Positions 9,911 to 20,432 of a stretch of 61,797 bases of DNA are shown piece after piece; the first letter of the stretch is position 1, and each line of letters opens with the position of its first letter. A program made the translations under genes and the position numbers. The notes below the pieces were generated by a model that saw nothing but the letters and a program-made list of their open reading frames with translations, did not search any database and had not been told where the DNA came from. This stretch comes from a virus (lineage: Duplodnaviria; Caudoviricetes). The stretch is from the IMG/VR virus record IMGVR_UViG_3300037280_000106, positions 1 to 61,797 of that record. One strand, given 5' to 3'.

Positions 9911-10117
9911 TTAAGGTTGTCGATGTCCAATAGCATGAAAATGATGGCACATCGACAACCTTCTCATTTATAATAGCTTATGATGATATTTAGCACTGCT
10001 TACCAATTATATTGTTAAATAAGTAATGCTAAAAAATGCACATCGACAACTTAAACATAAATCACAATTATAATTATCAAATAATCAACAACTTATAATT
10101 GCTAATTATTTGATCGG
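9911..10117 (+). promoter_or_regulatory. CRISPR leader
   Basis: AT-rich; inverted repeat AAGGTTGTCGATGT (9913-9926)/ACATCGACAACCTT (9949-9962); second GCACATCGACAAC at 10038-10050. Confidence 0.8.
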
Positions 10118-12355
10118 GTTTGAATCGTACTATAGTGGAATGTAAAGATAAAATGAAAACATCAGAAAAGATAATAAAAGCATGTTTGAATCGTACTATA
10201 GTGGAATGTAAAGTCATTAAACAGGTGGTTGCATACAGGAACAAAAGAAGTTTGAATCGTACTATAGTGGAATGTAAAGATCGTAGCACCTGAAACAACG
10301 CCCTTACCTTTTGCGTTTGAATCGTACTATAGTGGAATGTAAAGATGATTTAGAGTATGTTGGCTATATGAATGCTGATGTTTGAATCGTACTATAGTGG
10401 AATGTAAAGAGGGGTAACGGCAAAAGCCAGTTAATAATAGCACTGTTTGAATCGTACTATAGTGGAATGTAAAGACCCAAACAACAGTAACAGCAACAGT
10501 GGTGACGAGTTTGAATCGTACTATAGTGGAATGTAAAGGAATTTCCGTAACGCTGGTGGCGTCGTTGGTCGCAAGTTTGAATCGTACTATAGTGGAATGT
10601 AAAGATTGGGGACAACGTATTAGAAAGCGTTAAACGTTGTTTGAATCGTACTATAGTGGAATGTAAAGATCGCAGGCGTTGTGGCTTTAGGTGCTTCAAT
10701 CAAATGTTTGAATCGTACTATAGTGGAATGTAAAGTGGTTAACTGCATCAATTCGGTTAAGCCTGTTCTTGTTTGAATCGTACTATAGTGGAATGTAAAG
10801 CAATGATAACAGGCGTTTTAAGTAGTATAAATAGTTGTTTAAATAGTACCATACTGGAATGTAAAGTCAACTATAATCTTAACGGCTCTTAAGTTATGAA
10901 GTTTGAATAGTGCTATATGGAATGTAAAGTTGAAAGTAATATCAAAGGATGTCACGTCCTTTATGTTTGAATAGTACCATACTGGAATGTAAAGTCGTTA
11001 CCGTTTATGTCGATACACATGAAGCACGAGTTCGAATAGTACCAATTTGGAATGTAAAGGAGGCAACGTTACAAGCATATCTAAGGGGTAATAGAGTTTG
11101 AATAGTGCCATAGTGGAATGTAAAGTTACGTACAGCATTGACTTTTCCGCTCTTCATCCTATGTTTGAATAGTACCATACTGGAATGTAAAGTATGGTTA
11201 TATGAAAGTAGCTAAAAAGTTGGTAGTTGTTTGAATAGTGCCATAGTGGAATGTAAAGAAAATATGTAAGTCAAATCCAGTTCTTTGAATAGTTTGTTTG
11301 AATCGTATCATAGTGGAATGTAAAGACAAGTCTTATCAATAGCACAGTCGTATTAGATGCTGTTTGAATAGTGCTGTATGGAATGTAAAAAACGAATTCT
11401 TTTTCACATTACTATCTGTTGAGTAAGGCTTGAATTATACCATATGGAATGTAAAGGTTTTATCCATTCAAACGAAATATTTTTCTGTTTGAATAGTGTC
11501 ATATGAAATGTAAAGATAGAACGAAGACTAAGGCGATTAAAGTGCAACACGTGTTTGAATAGTACCATACTGGAATGTAAAAGCCAAAAAATACTTTGTT
11601 TGGATTGATCGAAGGTTGAATAATGCCATACTGGAATGTAAAGGCATCAATAAGGACAGCAAATTCCTGATACCAAGGGTGTTTGAATAGTGCCATAGTG
11701 GAATGTAAAGGAGTCAACGTTACAGGCATATCTAGAGGTAACAGAGTTTGAATGGTACTGGAATGGAATGTAAAGTTAGGGTATTTATCTAAAATAGACC
11801 TTATATAATTTGTTTAAATAGTGTCATATGGAATGTAAAAAGCGTCTGTCCGTTTTTAAGATTGATTTTGTTTAGGGCTTGAATGGTACTGGAATGGAAT
11901 GTAAAGAATAATGGGACAATTGTTTGTATATCTAATAACAGGTTTGAATAGTGTCATATGAGATGTAAAGTTTTCGACGAAACGAAATGACAAAAATTAC
12001 AAGATCAGACTTGAATAGTACTACGTGGAATGTAAAATACAATTTGGAGAGCATGTCATTAAAATGTTTGAATAATACTATGCGGAATGTAAATATCATA
12101 GACGCTGCTTCTTATTGTGTTAATCCTTGTTTGAATTATACCGTATGAAATGTAAAGTATGGAATGTAAATCACACGCCGCAGACCATTAATTTTTTATT
12201 TAATAAGTCTGAATAGTACCATGTGGAATGTAAAAAAATATTGATGTTCATCATTGTCGAGAAATTGCAGAGGTTTGAATTATACCATAGCGGAATGTAA
12301 AGTCAAGATCAAATTCGATCTGTTGAACAAGGAAATTATACCATAGTGGAATAAT
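10118..12355 (+). CRISPR. CRISPR array, about 35 repeats and 34 spacers; leader-proximal repeat GTTTGAATCGTACTATAGTGGAATGTAAAG
   Basis: 11 identical 30-nt repeats (10118-10800), then 29-30-nt variants; spacers mostly 34-38 nt; degenerate terminal repeat near 12331-12355. Confidence 0.98.
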
Positions 12356-12396
12356 CAAACAATCGACAACAAATCAAATTTAGTGTCGATTGTTTG
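12356..12396 (+). terminator. Hairpin at the array trailer
   Basis: CAAACAATCGACA...TGTCGATTGTTTG, overlapping the -35 box of the next promoter. Confidence 0.55.
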
Positions 12397-12436
12397 TAAC
12401 ATTTTTTAATTATTAACGTATAATCAATAAAAGAAT

Positions 12437-12895
12437 ATGCCAAATTACGTTTTTAATAAAATTGAGATCATCGGAACAGACGACCAGATTTTCGAAGTAA
12501 GAGAATTTATTAAGGGTAGACCATTTACGGACGATAAAGAATACTGCATCGACTTCAACAAAATTATTCCATCCCCAGAAGATCGTTCAATTGAATGGTG
12601 TGAAGATAATTGGGGAACTAAATGGAACGCTTTAGATCAGTGCGTTAAAGCCGACGATGTGATCACATTTAGAACTGCTTGGAATTATGTGCCAAGAATA
12701 GTTGAGAGACTAAGTCAATTATTTCCAGCAGTGACATTTAAATATGATGCTTCTAACATGAATGCGCATGTTTTTGAAATATATCTCAATGGCGAGATAA
12801 TTGAAGAAAGCAGCGAGGCATTGCTATATGGCTCAAAATTAGAAGATTTACCAGATGAAGAACCTGATTTTGACGAAAACGATCAATCTTTGTAA
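12437..12895 (+). CDS. DUF1281/YubB ferredoxin-like fold phage protein
   Basis: MPNYV.N, DFNKIIP, WCEDNWGTKWNA, FRTAW, LSQLFP. Confidence 0.7.
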   Translation: MPNYVFNKIEIIGTDDQIFEVREFIKGRPFTDDKEYCIDFNKIIPSPEDRSIEWCEDNWGTKWNALDQCVKADDVITFRTAWNYVPRIVERLSQLFPAVTFKYDASNMNAHVFEIYLNGEIIEESSEALLYGSKLEDLPDEEPDFDENDQSL

Positions 12896-12936
12896 CCTTT
12901 TCAGTTTCTCAACGTATAATCATTAAAATAAACGAT

Positions 12937-15900
12937 ATGTCGCCTTACATTACTCTTATTATTGGTCTCACATTATTATTTAATCTGTACGAGACAATTG
13001 CTGGTCAATGGAGAAAGACCAAATGGTATGTACCTACTGGCGCAGCCATTCTAATTTCAGCCTTTGTGATCTTAGGTTCATTCATCTGTAAGTCAATTTT
13101 TCAAATAATGCTAAATTAAATACAATGAGACAGAAATCAAAATTCATAAAAGCTGAATTAAGGTCTGATATATTTATAAATGCTCAATGGTGCGGAATCA
13201 TGAGAGCAATGGATAATTATGCGGCTCATTATCATGAGGAAAAAATTAAGAAAATACTACGATTCTTTGTAAAAGATTTGGCTGGATCAATTATTTTTAG
13301 AGCACAAACAACTCGTGAATGCTATAATTATATGGTTAATGCCAGCGATCCTTTTATAACTACAGTTGAAGACATTATAGACGAAATCGAAGTACGTGCA
13401 GATGATTTTATGATCGCTTTCAGTGAAGGCGAAAACCCATTAGATTTAAAATTATTTAAATGAAAAAAGAATACTCATGGAAATGTAAGTCGCCTAAGCT
13501 ACTTATATTTAAATTGCTAATTGCTCTGATAATTGTATTGGCAGGTATATGTTATATCGCAAGTACTAACGTTATTGCTATATTGATCTTATTTCCGATT
13601 ATACTATTCTTTCTTGTAATAGCATTCGTGCTGACTTGTGCTATTATTGTTTTATTCATAGCGACGTTACTATCAACGTTTTCCATAAGAAGAACAAGCT
13701 GTGAAGAATACATAAATCGAAAAAGAGGTAATGAGCGTGATTATAATGAGAAAATATTGTAACATTTCGATTTATTAAACGTATAAGTAATAAAAATAAA
13801 GGTCATGGCACAAATTGTATTAAATCAGGAAGTATGGATAGTCCCATCAAGTTATTACAGACCAAATGACAAGCGTGCTGTTCGCTCGGATATTGTCTCA
13901 AAGGTAGGTAAAAAGTACTTTGTTCTTAAAGATCGACCATATGACAAGTTCAGTCTTGAAACGCTTGAACAAGTTACTAATGATAACTACAAGGATCAGG
14001 TGTATTTATCGCATCAGGATATCCTTGACGAAAGGGAATATATAAGGCTTCAACAAGCAATCAAAGAGTTCCTAAGTAGGAATATAAAGGAACTGATCGC
14101 CTTAGATCAATTACAAGAAGTTGCATTAATTTTAGATATTGAATAACTACTGCTATGGATTTCGACATACACTGCCCAAAATGTAACGCAACAATTGGCG
14201 TAACAAGCCACAGTACTGGCTTTAAGCCTGATTATTATTTAGTTAATAAGCATGGACACCCTGTATGCGGAAATTGCGGACATAATCATATTACATATAC
14301 CAGATTTCATCACGTATTACAGATGATTTTAGTCGGTGCTATATTCATTGCCATTGCGTGGTTTATTACTAGTTTCCCTTTTAAATAAATAATTATGGAA
14401 TTCGTTTACAAATTATTCAAATATTCTTACACTCGTGATGCGCAAGGCTCAACAGACAGAGGCGAGGAATATGCTTTAATGCGTGTACCAGCCGATGCAA
14501 GCTTTAATAACAACAGAAGCACATTAATGAATGCAAGGCATAAAAAATGGTATCATGAGATTGATATCGAAAGCGTTGTGGATTTAACAATAAAATTTTA
14601 AAAAATGAAAACAGCTACATTGAAAGTAACCGATCTCGAAAACGGTCACTGGTCGTTAAAAGTTTCCCTTGACAACGGACAAAAATTTGATGCTAATACA
14701 TCAGATGCTGAACTGGTTAGAGATATCCTACAGGACGAATCCGATAATCTAATTAAGCTTGCCACAGTTGCTGCAATACAATTCGTTCTTGATACGAATG
14801 ACGTGGACTATCAGTATGTTGATGCTCAATGGACTGAAATGCATGGATATATGTACCTTGTTGACGATGAAGTGTAATGGAATTAGTCATTAAGCGTGAA
14901 GGCTTTGATATGATTGCGTATTATGACAGCGACGGCAAATTTGAATTTGTCACGAATAATGGTCGTAAGATGATGATCGAAATCTTTCAGGAAGGCGACG
15001 GCTTTGATATCGAAGAAAACAATTACATGTATAAAATGCTTGTATGTAAAGCGGCGTATATTAGAATCATGGATGCAAATATATTCATTCCAAGGTTATT
15101 AATAATTGAGCCTAAAGTGTAACCTTTCAAGAGTTTCATCGTATAACTAATAAAATATCGACATGGTAAAGAAATCGAAAACATTGGAGCAATTGACGAA
15201 GAAAGAACTTATCGAACTGATCATAGAGATCAGACCGAAAGCGACAGCCTATGATGGTATATGTAATAGTCTTGGAATAGAAAACAACATACTTACATAT
15301 ATAAATAGAATGAAAGCAAAGCTGGCTTGTAAAGAAGCTAACGAAAAGCCAAAGTCAATGGATGATAGAATCGATCAAGAATTGACTGAGATACCTATAC
15401 CTATAGGTAAATTTATTCTTGATAATGGTAAAGGCATTTTGTTTACAGACGGAATGTATTATCATATTTTGGAAGTAATTCGATTATTAAAAACTTATAA
15501 GCCATGACATTTAAAGACTTCGTAATTAATAAAATCGGTTACAAAAATTATATTGGATTCTTCCCCAATTTCTATTCAGAGATTGAAATGGTTGAAGTTG
15601 CAACTGAGTGGCATGAGGCAGAATTAGCGTCATTATCGCCTATTAAGGCAACAAAAACTGAGTTATTAGACACTGTTATTAATCTAATGGCAGTACTTGA
15701 TACTCCAATAGGTAGACGTCAAAATAAAGGCGAATTAGCTGACGAAGTGCGTAAACTTGCCAGAGTAATTATCGAATCAAATTCAATACAAAAATAAAAT
15801 CATCATGGGAATATTCAATTTTACAAAGAAAAAGGAACTTGTAACGCCTGTGGAAGTTGAGGTAATGGAGCGTAGTATGCCAAATGGTATGACAAAAAGC

Positions 15901-16737
15901 GAATTCAATCTTATTAAACAGATTCACAACGAATTCGACACGGCGCAAGATCGCCTTTATGCCGAGGCAACTGAGCTTCTCACTAAATTAAAGGTGAAAA
16001 AGCCTACAAATAAATCTATTGAGGAAACTGGACTTAGGCTTCAAAAAATAGGCTTTGTCAATAGTCCAATTGCATTGCAATCACAAGCTATTAACGTTGA
16101 GAGAGATCAAACACGTCAGGCTATAGTGAAAACCGAATCTGAGGCAAATCTGATTCAAATGTATAAGAAAGCATATCCTTTCTTAAAGTTTTTGACAGTA
16201 AGTGAATTAAATCGTGTTTGCGAAAAATATGGCTTAGTTTATGCACCTGTTAAAAATTACATTAAAGACGTGCCAGAGAAGAATATAAAAATGATTGAGG
16301 ATGCTCAGCCATTGCATTTTTTAGATATTCAGAAACCAAAAATGTATGTGAGAGTGACAGATTTTTGGGATTCATGTCCTAGCGAAATTAAGGCGATTTT
16401 AAAAAAGAAAACTGAATATCCTGATAAACATTTGGATGAAACTACACTCAGAGAAGTGATACAAAATGCTGGATATACTGGCAATTATAATGGATGGATA
16501 TATGAAAAAGCTGAAATAATTACTGAACATTTCGACGGCTTATTCATCTGTGCGCCAAAGTCCCACTTTGACTTAACAGGCTTGTCAGAAAATGGCGTGT
16601 TTGGATTCCTGAATATCACGAAGCAAGAAGTGAAAGACCCAATCGTTTTCAGGTATTGCAATGGCGGCGTACAAGTATTATCGAAATGGGGATTGGAAGC
16701 CAGCGACGAAGCTTTGTTGAATCCTATTGATAATTAG
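12937..16737 (+). other. Cluster of 11 hypothetical phage ORFs (12937, 13125, 13460, 13805, 14155, 14395, 14605, 14877, 15163, 15504, 15805), some membrane-bound
   Basis: Tightly packed co-oriented ORFs after promoter motifs at 12891, 13758 and 15118. Confidence 0.65.
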
Positions 16738-16739
16738 TC

Positions 16740-17135
16740 ATGACAGACCTACTTCAAAACTTTTTCGATTCATCTGATCGAAACAGATGGATATACTTTA
16801 CGCATATGAATGTATATGTTCGAAAAAGTTGGCGTAACTATCATCATATTCAGTCAAGTTTGCATTATCAAACATGTCTGGATATTGCAACTGTCGATGT
16901 TGAAGAAGATTATCAACACACTGGACTTTTTAAGGAATTTCTAACACATGCTGAGAGTATTAATATTTTTCCGCTAATCATGGTCGAAAACGTTCATAAT
17001 CCAGTGTTGCCAGAGTTCTTAAAATCAGTTGGCTACGTTGAGTACAATAATTTTAGCTTTATTAAGTTCAATGATCACTGTAAGGAATATGATGATTGGC
17101 AAGCAATTATCGAATCTTTAAAAGATAAACCATGA
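16740..17135 (+). CDS. GNAT-like acetyltransferase
   Basis: LDIATVDVEEDYQHTGLFKEFL resembles GNAT motif A. Confidence 0.5.
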   Translation: MTDLLQNFFDSSDRNRWIYFTHMNVYVRKSWRNYHHIQSSLHYQTCLDIATVDVEEDYQHTGLFKEFLTHAESINIFPLIMVENVHNPVLPEFLKSVGYVEYNNFSFIKFNDHCKEYDDWQAIIESLKDKP

Positions 17136-18142
17136 CAAGAGACGAATTCAGAGAAGGCGTGTTTGCCAGAGATAACCATAAATGTGTTATCTGTGGCAAA
17201 CCTGCTATGGATGCGCATCATATCTTAGAGCGAAGGCTGTTCGATAATGGCGGATATTTCTTCGACAATGGAGCATCTTTATGTTTCAATCATCATATTG
17301 AGGCTGAGCAAACTACGCTTAGTTGTGACGAAATAAGATTGAAAGCTGGCATAACAAATATTGTAATTCCAGAGCATTTCTATGGCGATCAAACTTACGA
17401 TAAGTGGGGTAATATTATTCTACCTACTGAACAACGTATTAAGGGTGAATTGTTTTACGATGAATCTGTTCAAAAAATATTGAAACAAGGTAACGTTTTA
17501 GACTTATTTCAAAAATATGTTAAGTATCAACGAACCTATCATTTACCTTGGAGTAACTTACTAAAGGATGATCGAATCATTAAGGACGATAGTAACTTTA
17601 TAGGCAAGAGAGTAATAGCCACTTTGAAAATGGATGGGGAAAACACTACCATGTATAACGACTACATTCATGCCAGATCATTGGAAAATGCTTCTCATGA
17701 GACAAGGAATTGGGTGAAAGGCTTATGGTCACAGATCGGTTACATGCTTGACGATAACATGCGAATTTGTGGCGAAAATCTTTATGCTCAACATTCCGTT
17801 AAATACGATAGTCTACCTTCATATTTTATGATGTTCTCCATGTGGAGTGACAATACTTGCATGTGTTGGGATGAAACTGTTGAGTATTCAAAGATATTGG
17901 GTTTGGAATTAGTTCCAGTGATTTACGATGGAATCTATAATAAGGATAAGATCATCGCAGCGTTTGAACCTCATAGGCTTACAAATGAGGGCTATGTGAT
18001 CAGGATTGCCGATGAATTCAATTATATTGATTTCAGAAGATCAATTGCCAAGTTCGTTAGACCTGAATTTAGACAAGCTGTCAACAATTCACATGGTCAC
18101 TGGATTTCAAAAAAGATTGAGCCGAATGGTTTAAAGTTGTAA
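17132..18142 (+). CDS. HNH domain fused to an ATP-dependent RNA ligase
   Basis: RDNHKCVICG..DAHHI...NGASLC..HH; ligase motifs KMDGEN, GEN, EGYVIR, AKFV. Confidence 0.85.
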   Translation: MTRDEFREGVFARDNHKCVICGKPAMDAHHILERRLFDNGGYFFDNGASLCFNHHIEAEQTTLSCDEIRLKAGITNIVIPEHFYGDQTYDKWGNIILPTEQRIKGELFYDESVQKILKQGNVLDLFQKYVKYQRTYHLPWSNLLKDDRIIKDDSNFIGKRVIATLKMDGENTTMYNDYIHARSLENASHETRNWVKGLWSQIGYMLDDNMRICGENLYAQHSVKYDSLPSYFMMFSMWSDNTCMCWDETVEYSKILGLELVPVIYDGIYNKDKIIAAFEPHRLTNEGYVIRIADEFNYIDFRRSIAKFVRPEFRQAVNNSHGHWISKKIEPNGLKL

Positions 18143-18180
18143 CCTTTCATATTATTTTACGTATAACTAAGAAAAAAGCT

Positions 18181-18531
18181 ATGAAAAAAATGCCTAAAGT
18201 TGGAGACGAAATATACATCGCAGGTGCGATATATGTATACAGAGGCGAGGATGATGTCGCTGGTGGTTTGGCAACAATTAGTGAGGTTGAAGTTAGTGAT
18301 ACCCTACCAGTTGGTCATATCAATAGAGTATTCGTTAAAGTTAAAGAAGTCCCATATAAATCATATAATTGGGACATTCTCGAAGAGAAACAAGAGCAGC
18401 TTGCAAAGGATTACGCTGGCAGAATAGCTCACCCAGACCCAGACTTGCGTCCTGAATTCAATGACGATAATGAAGGTTGGACGCAAGTCGTGCCGACCAA
18501 TAGCGGATTTGGCGGAAGATATCATCAATAA
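18181..18531 (+). CDS. Hypothetical protein
   Basis: ORF after the promoter motif at 18138. Confidence 0.55.
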   Translation: MKKMPKVGDEIYIAGAIYVYRGEDDVAGGLATISEVEVSDTLPVGHINRVFVKVKEVPYKSYNWDILEEKQEQLAKDYAGRIAHPDPDLRPEFNDDNEGWTQVVPTNSGFGGRYHQ

Positions 18532-18566
18532 ATTTAAATCGTGTGTATTTATGATAAAATATCTAT

Positions 18567-19505
18567 ATGAATAATTACACAAATATACTAAAAATTTTAG
18601 AGGGCTGCTTATTAGGTGATGGACATTTAGAATTGCCGAAAAGGGGCATAAACGCATCTTTTAAATATTTATCCTCTTCAAAAGAGCACACTGAATATGT
18701 TCACTCATTTTTCAAAGAATATTGTAGTGATAATTATCAAACAATAAAAAGAGGCGAATATTATGATAAAAGAACTAATAAAACATATGTCCATTATTAT
18801 TTTAGAACCAAATCATTACCATTTTTTACAGAACAACAAAAAAGGTTTTATATAAACAGAATTAAAATTGTTCCAAAGGATATAGATATTAATAATAATT
18901 CACTATTATTCTGGTTTATCGGTGATGGCGAGCTTGAAAGTAATATAGGCTTTGTGAAGTTGCATACGAATTCTTTCATAAAAAAAGACGTTGAATTTTT
19001 ATGCGAAAAACTAAAAGACTTTAGTGCAAACTTATTACATAAAAAAGATGATCAATATCTAATACGAATACCCAGAAATAAGGTAAAGCATTTTTTGAAC
19101 TTTATTGGCGAATGTCCTATAAATGACTATAAACATAAATGGGATTTCGTTGAGTATAAAAATAAAAATATTGAAATTAATGGCGTTAATCATTATTCCG
19201 AAATATATCCTTTAATAACAGCGGATTTTATTAAGGACGACGTCACAATATATGAACTATGTAAAAAATATGGCGTACCGATCAAAGCAATAAAGAATTA
19301 TTTTGATACAAATGATATTAAATGGAAACCGATAATTACAAAAAAGAAAATTTGTCAATATAATTTAAATGGTAAACTCATAAAAACTTGGAATTCAGGA
19401 CAAGACATAAAAAGGGAATTGAAATTTAATGCGACAGGTATTTCAGAATGTTGTAGAGGACTTAGAAAAAAATATAAAAATTTTATTTGGAAATTTAACA
19501 ATTAA
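18567..19505 (+). CDS. LAGLIDADG homing endonuclease with C-terminal NUMOD1/HTH domain
   Basis: ILEGCLLGDGHL, WFIGDG, KLHTNSF; QYNLNGKLIKTW...ISECCRG...FIWKF. Confidence 0.85.
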   Translation: MNNYTNILKILEGCLLGDGHLELPKRGINASFKYLSSSKEHTEYVHSFFKEYCSDNYQTIKRGEYYDKRTNKTYVHYYFRTKSLPFFTEQQKRFYINRIKIVPKDIDINNNSLLFWFIGDGELESNIGFVKLHTNSFIKKDVEFLCEKLKDFSANLLHKKDDQYLIRIPRNKVKHFLNFIGECPINDYKHKWDFVEYKNKNIEINGVNHYSEIYPLITADFIKDDVTIYELCKKYGVPIKAIKNYFDTNDIKWKPIITKKKICQYNLNGKLIKTWNSGQDIKRELKFNATGISECCRGLRKKYKNFIWKFNN

Positions 19506-19510
19506 ATACA

Positions 19511-20350
19511 ATGGGAAACAAAAAAGATTCATTAGGAGACAGGATTAAATCCAACTACGAAAATAGAACAAGATATCTGTTGCCAAGACGCACATACACT
19601 ATGATCAGAATTGATGGAAAATGCTTTAGTGCTTACACCAAAGGACTTATCAGACCTTTTGATATGAAGTTGGTCAATGATATGGATGAAACTGCAATCT
19701 ATCTTTGCAAGAATATTCAGGGTGCTAAACTTGCTTTCGTTCAATCTGATGAAATTACCATATTGGTAACAGACTTTGACAGTTTAACGTCTGATGCGTG
19801 GTTCGATGGAAACATTCAGAAGATTACAAGCATATCTGCAAGTCTCGCTACGGCTAAATTTAATCAGCTTAGGCTACAAGGCTTTTTTGCTAACTATAGC
19901 GATAAAATTGTTCAAGGTAAAACGAACATAGATATTCAAATATCTGATGATTTAAAGGCTTTTAAACTTGCCACTTTCGACAGTAGGGTGTTTACATTAC
20001 CAACAGCTACAGAGGTCTCAAATGCTTTTATTTGGCGTCAAAATGACACTGTGCGTAACAGTATTAGCTCAGTTGCACAATCTCTATTCAGTCACAAGGA
20101 ATTGATGAATGTAAATACGAATCAAATGCAAGAAATGTGCTTTCAAAAAGGCGTGAACTGGAATGATTTTGACCTTAAATTAAAAAATGGTAGGGTTATC
20201 ATGAAAGTCGAAGAAGAATTCGAAACACCATTTAAGGGTGCTGAATTTAAGCAGTCCAGTTTTACACGTAGTAAGTGGAAAAGTGTTGGCGCACCAACCT
20301 TTACTGCCGATCATTCATTTCTGGATGCGCTGATTCCAAAGAACGATTAA
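19511..20350 (+). CDS. thg1: Thg1-like tRNA-His guanylyltransferase / 3'-5' polymerase
   Basis: RIDGKCFS, FVQSDEI, WFDGNIQK, FDSRVF, WRQND. Confidence 0.92.
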   Translation: MGNKKDSLGDRIKSNYENRTRYLLPRRTYTMIRIDGKCFSAYTKGLIRPFDMKLVNDMDETAIYLCKNIQGAKLAFVQSDEITILVTDFDSLTSDAWFDGNIQKITSISASLATAKFNQLRLQGFFANYSDKIVQGKTNIDIQISDDLKAFKLATFDSRVFTLPTATEVSNAFIWRQNDTVRNSISSVAQSLFSHKELMNVNTNQMQEMCFQKGVNWNDFDLKLKNGRVIMKVEEEFETPFKGAEFKQSSFTRSKWKSVGAPTFTADHSFLDALIPKND

Positions 20351-20397
20351 ATCTTTGTCGCAAATATAGTATCAATTTGCGACAAAGATTTCTTTTT
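20350..20397 (+). terminator. Intrinsic terminator
   Basis: AATCTTTGTCGCAAAT...ATTTGCGACAAAGATT followed by a T-run. Confidence 0.75.
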
Positions 20398-20432
20398 ATA
20401 TATTGCCTTACAAATGTTTAACATAACAATTA

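Noticed and set aside
10867-10900. Spacer resembling the 23S rRNA I-CeuI site
   Set aside because: Needs several indels and mismatches; probably chance
10077-11729. Minus-strand ORFs at 10077, 10457 and 11499
   Set aside because: Artefacts of reading through CRISPR repeats
10118-12355. Self-targeting spacers within the window
   Set aside because: None found by eye; the search was not exhaustive and needs alignment
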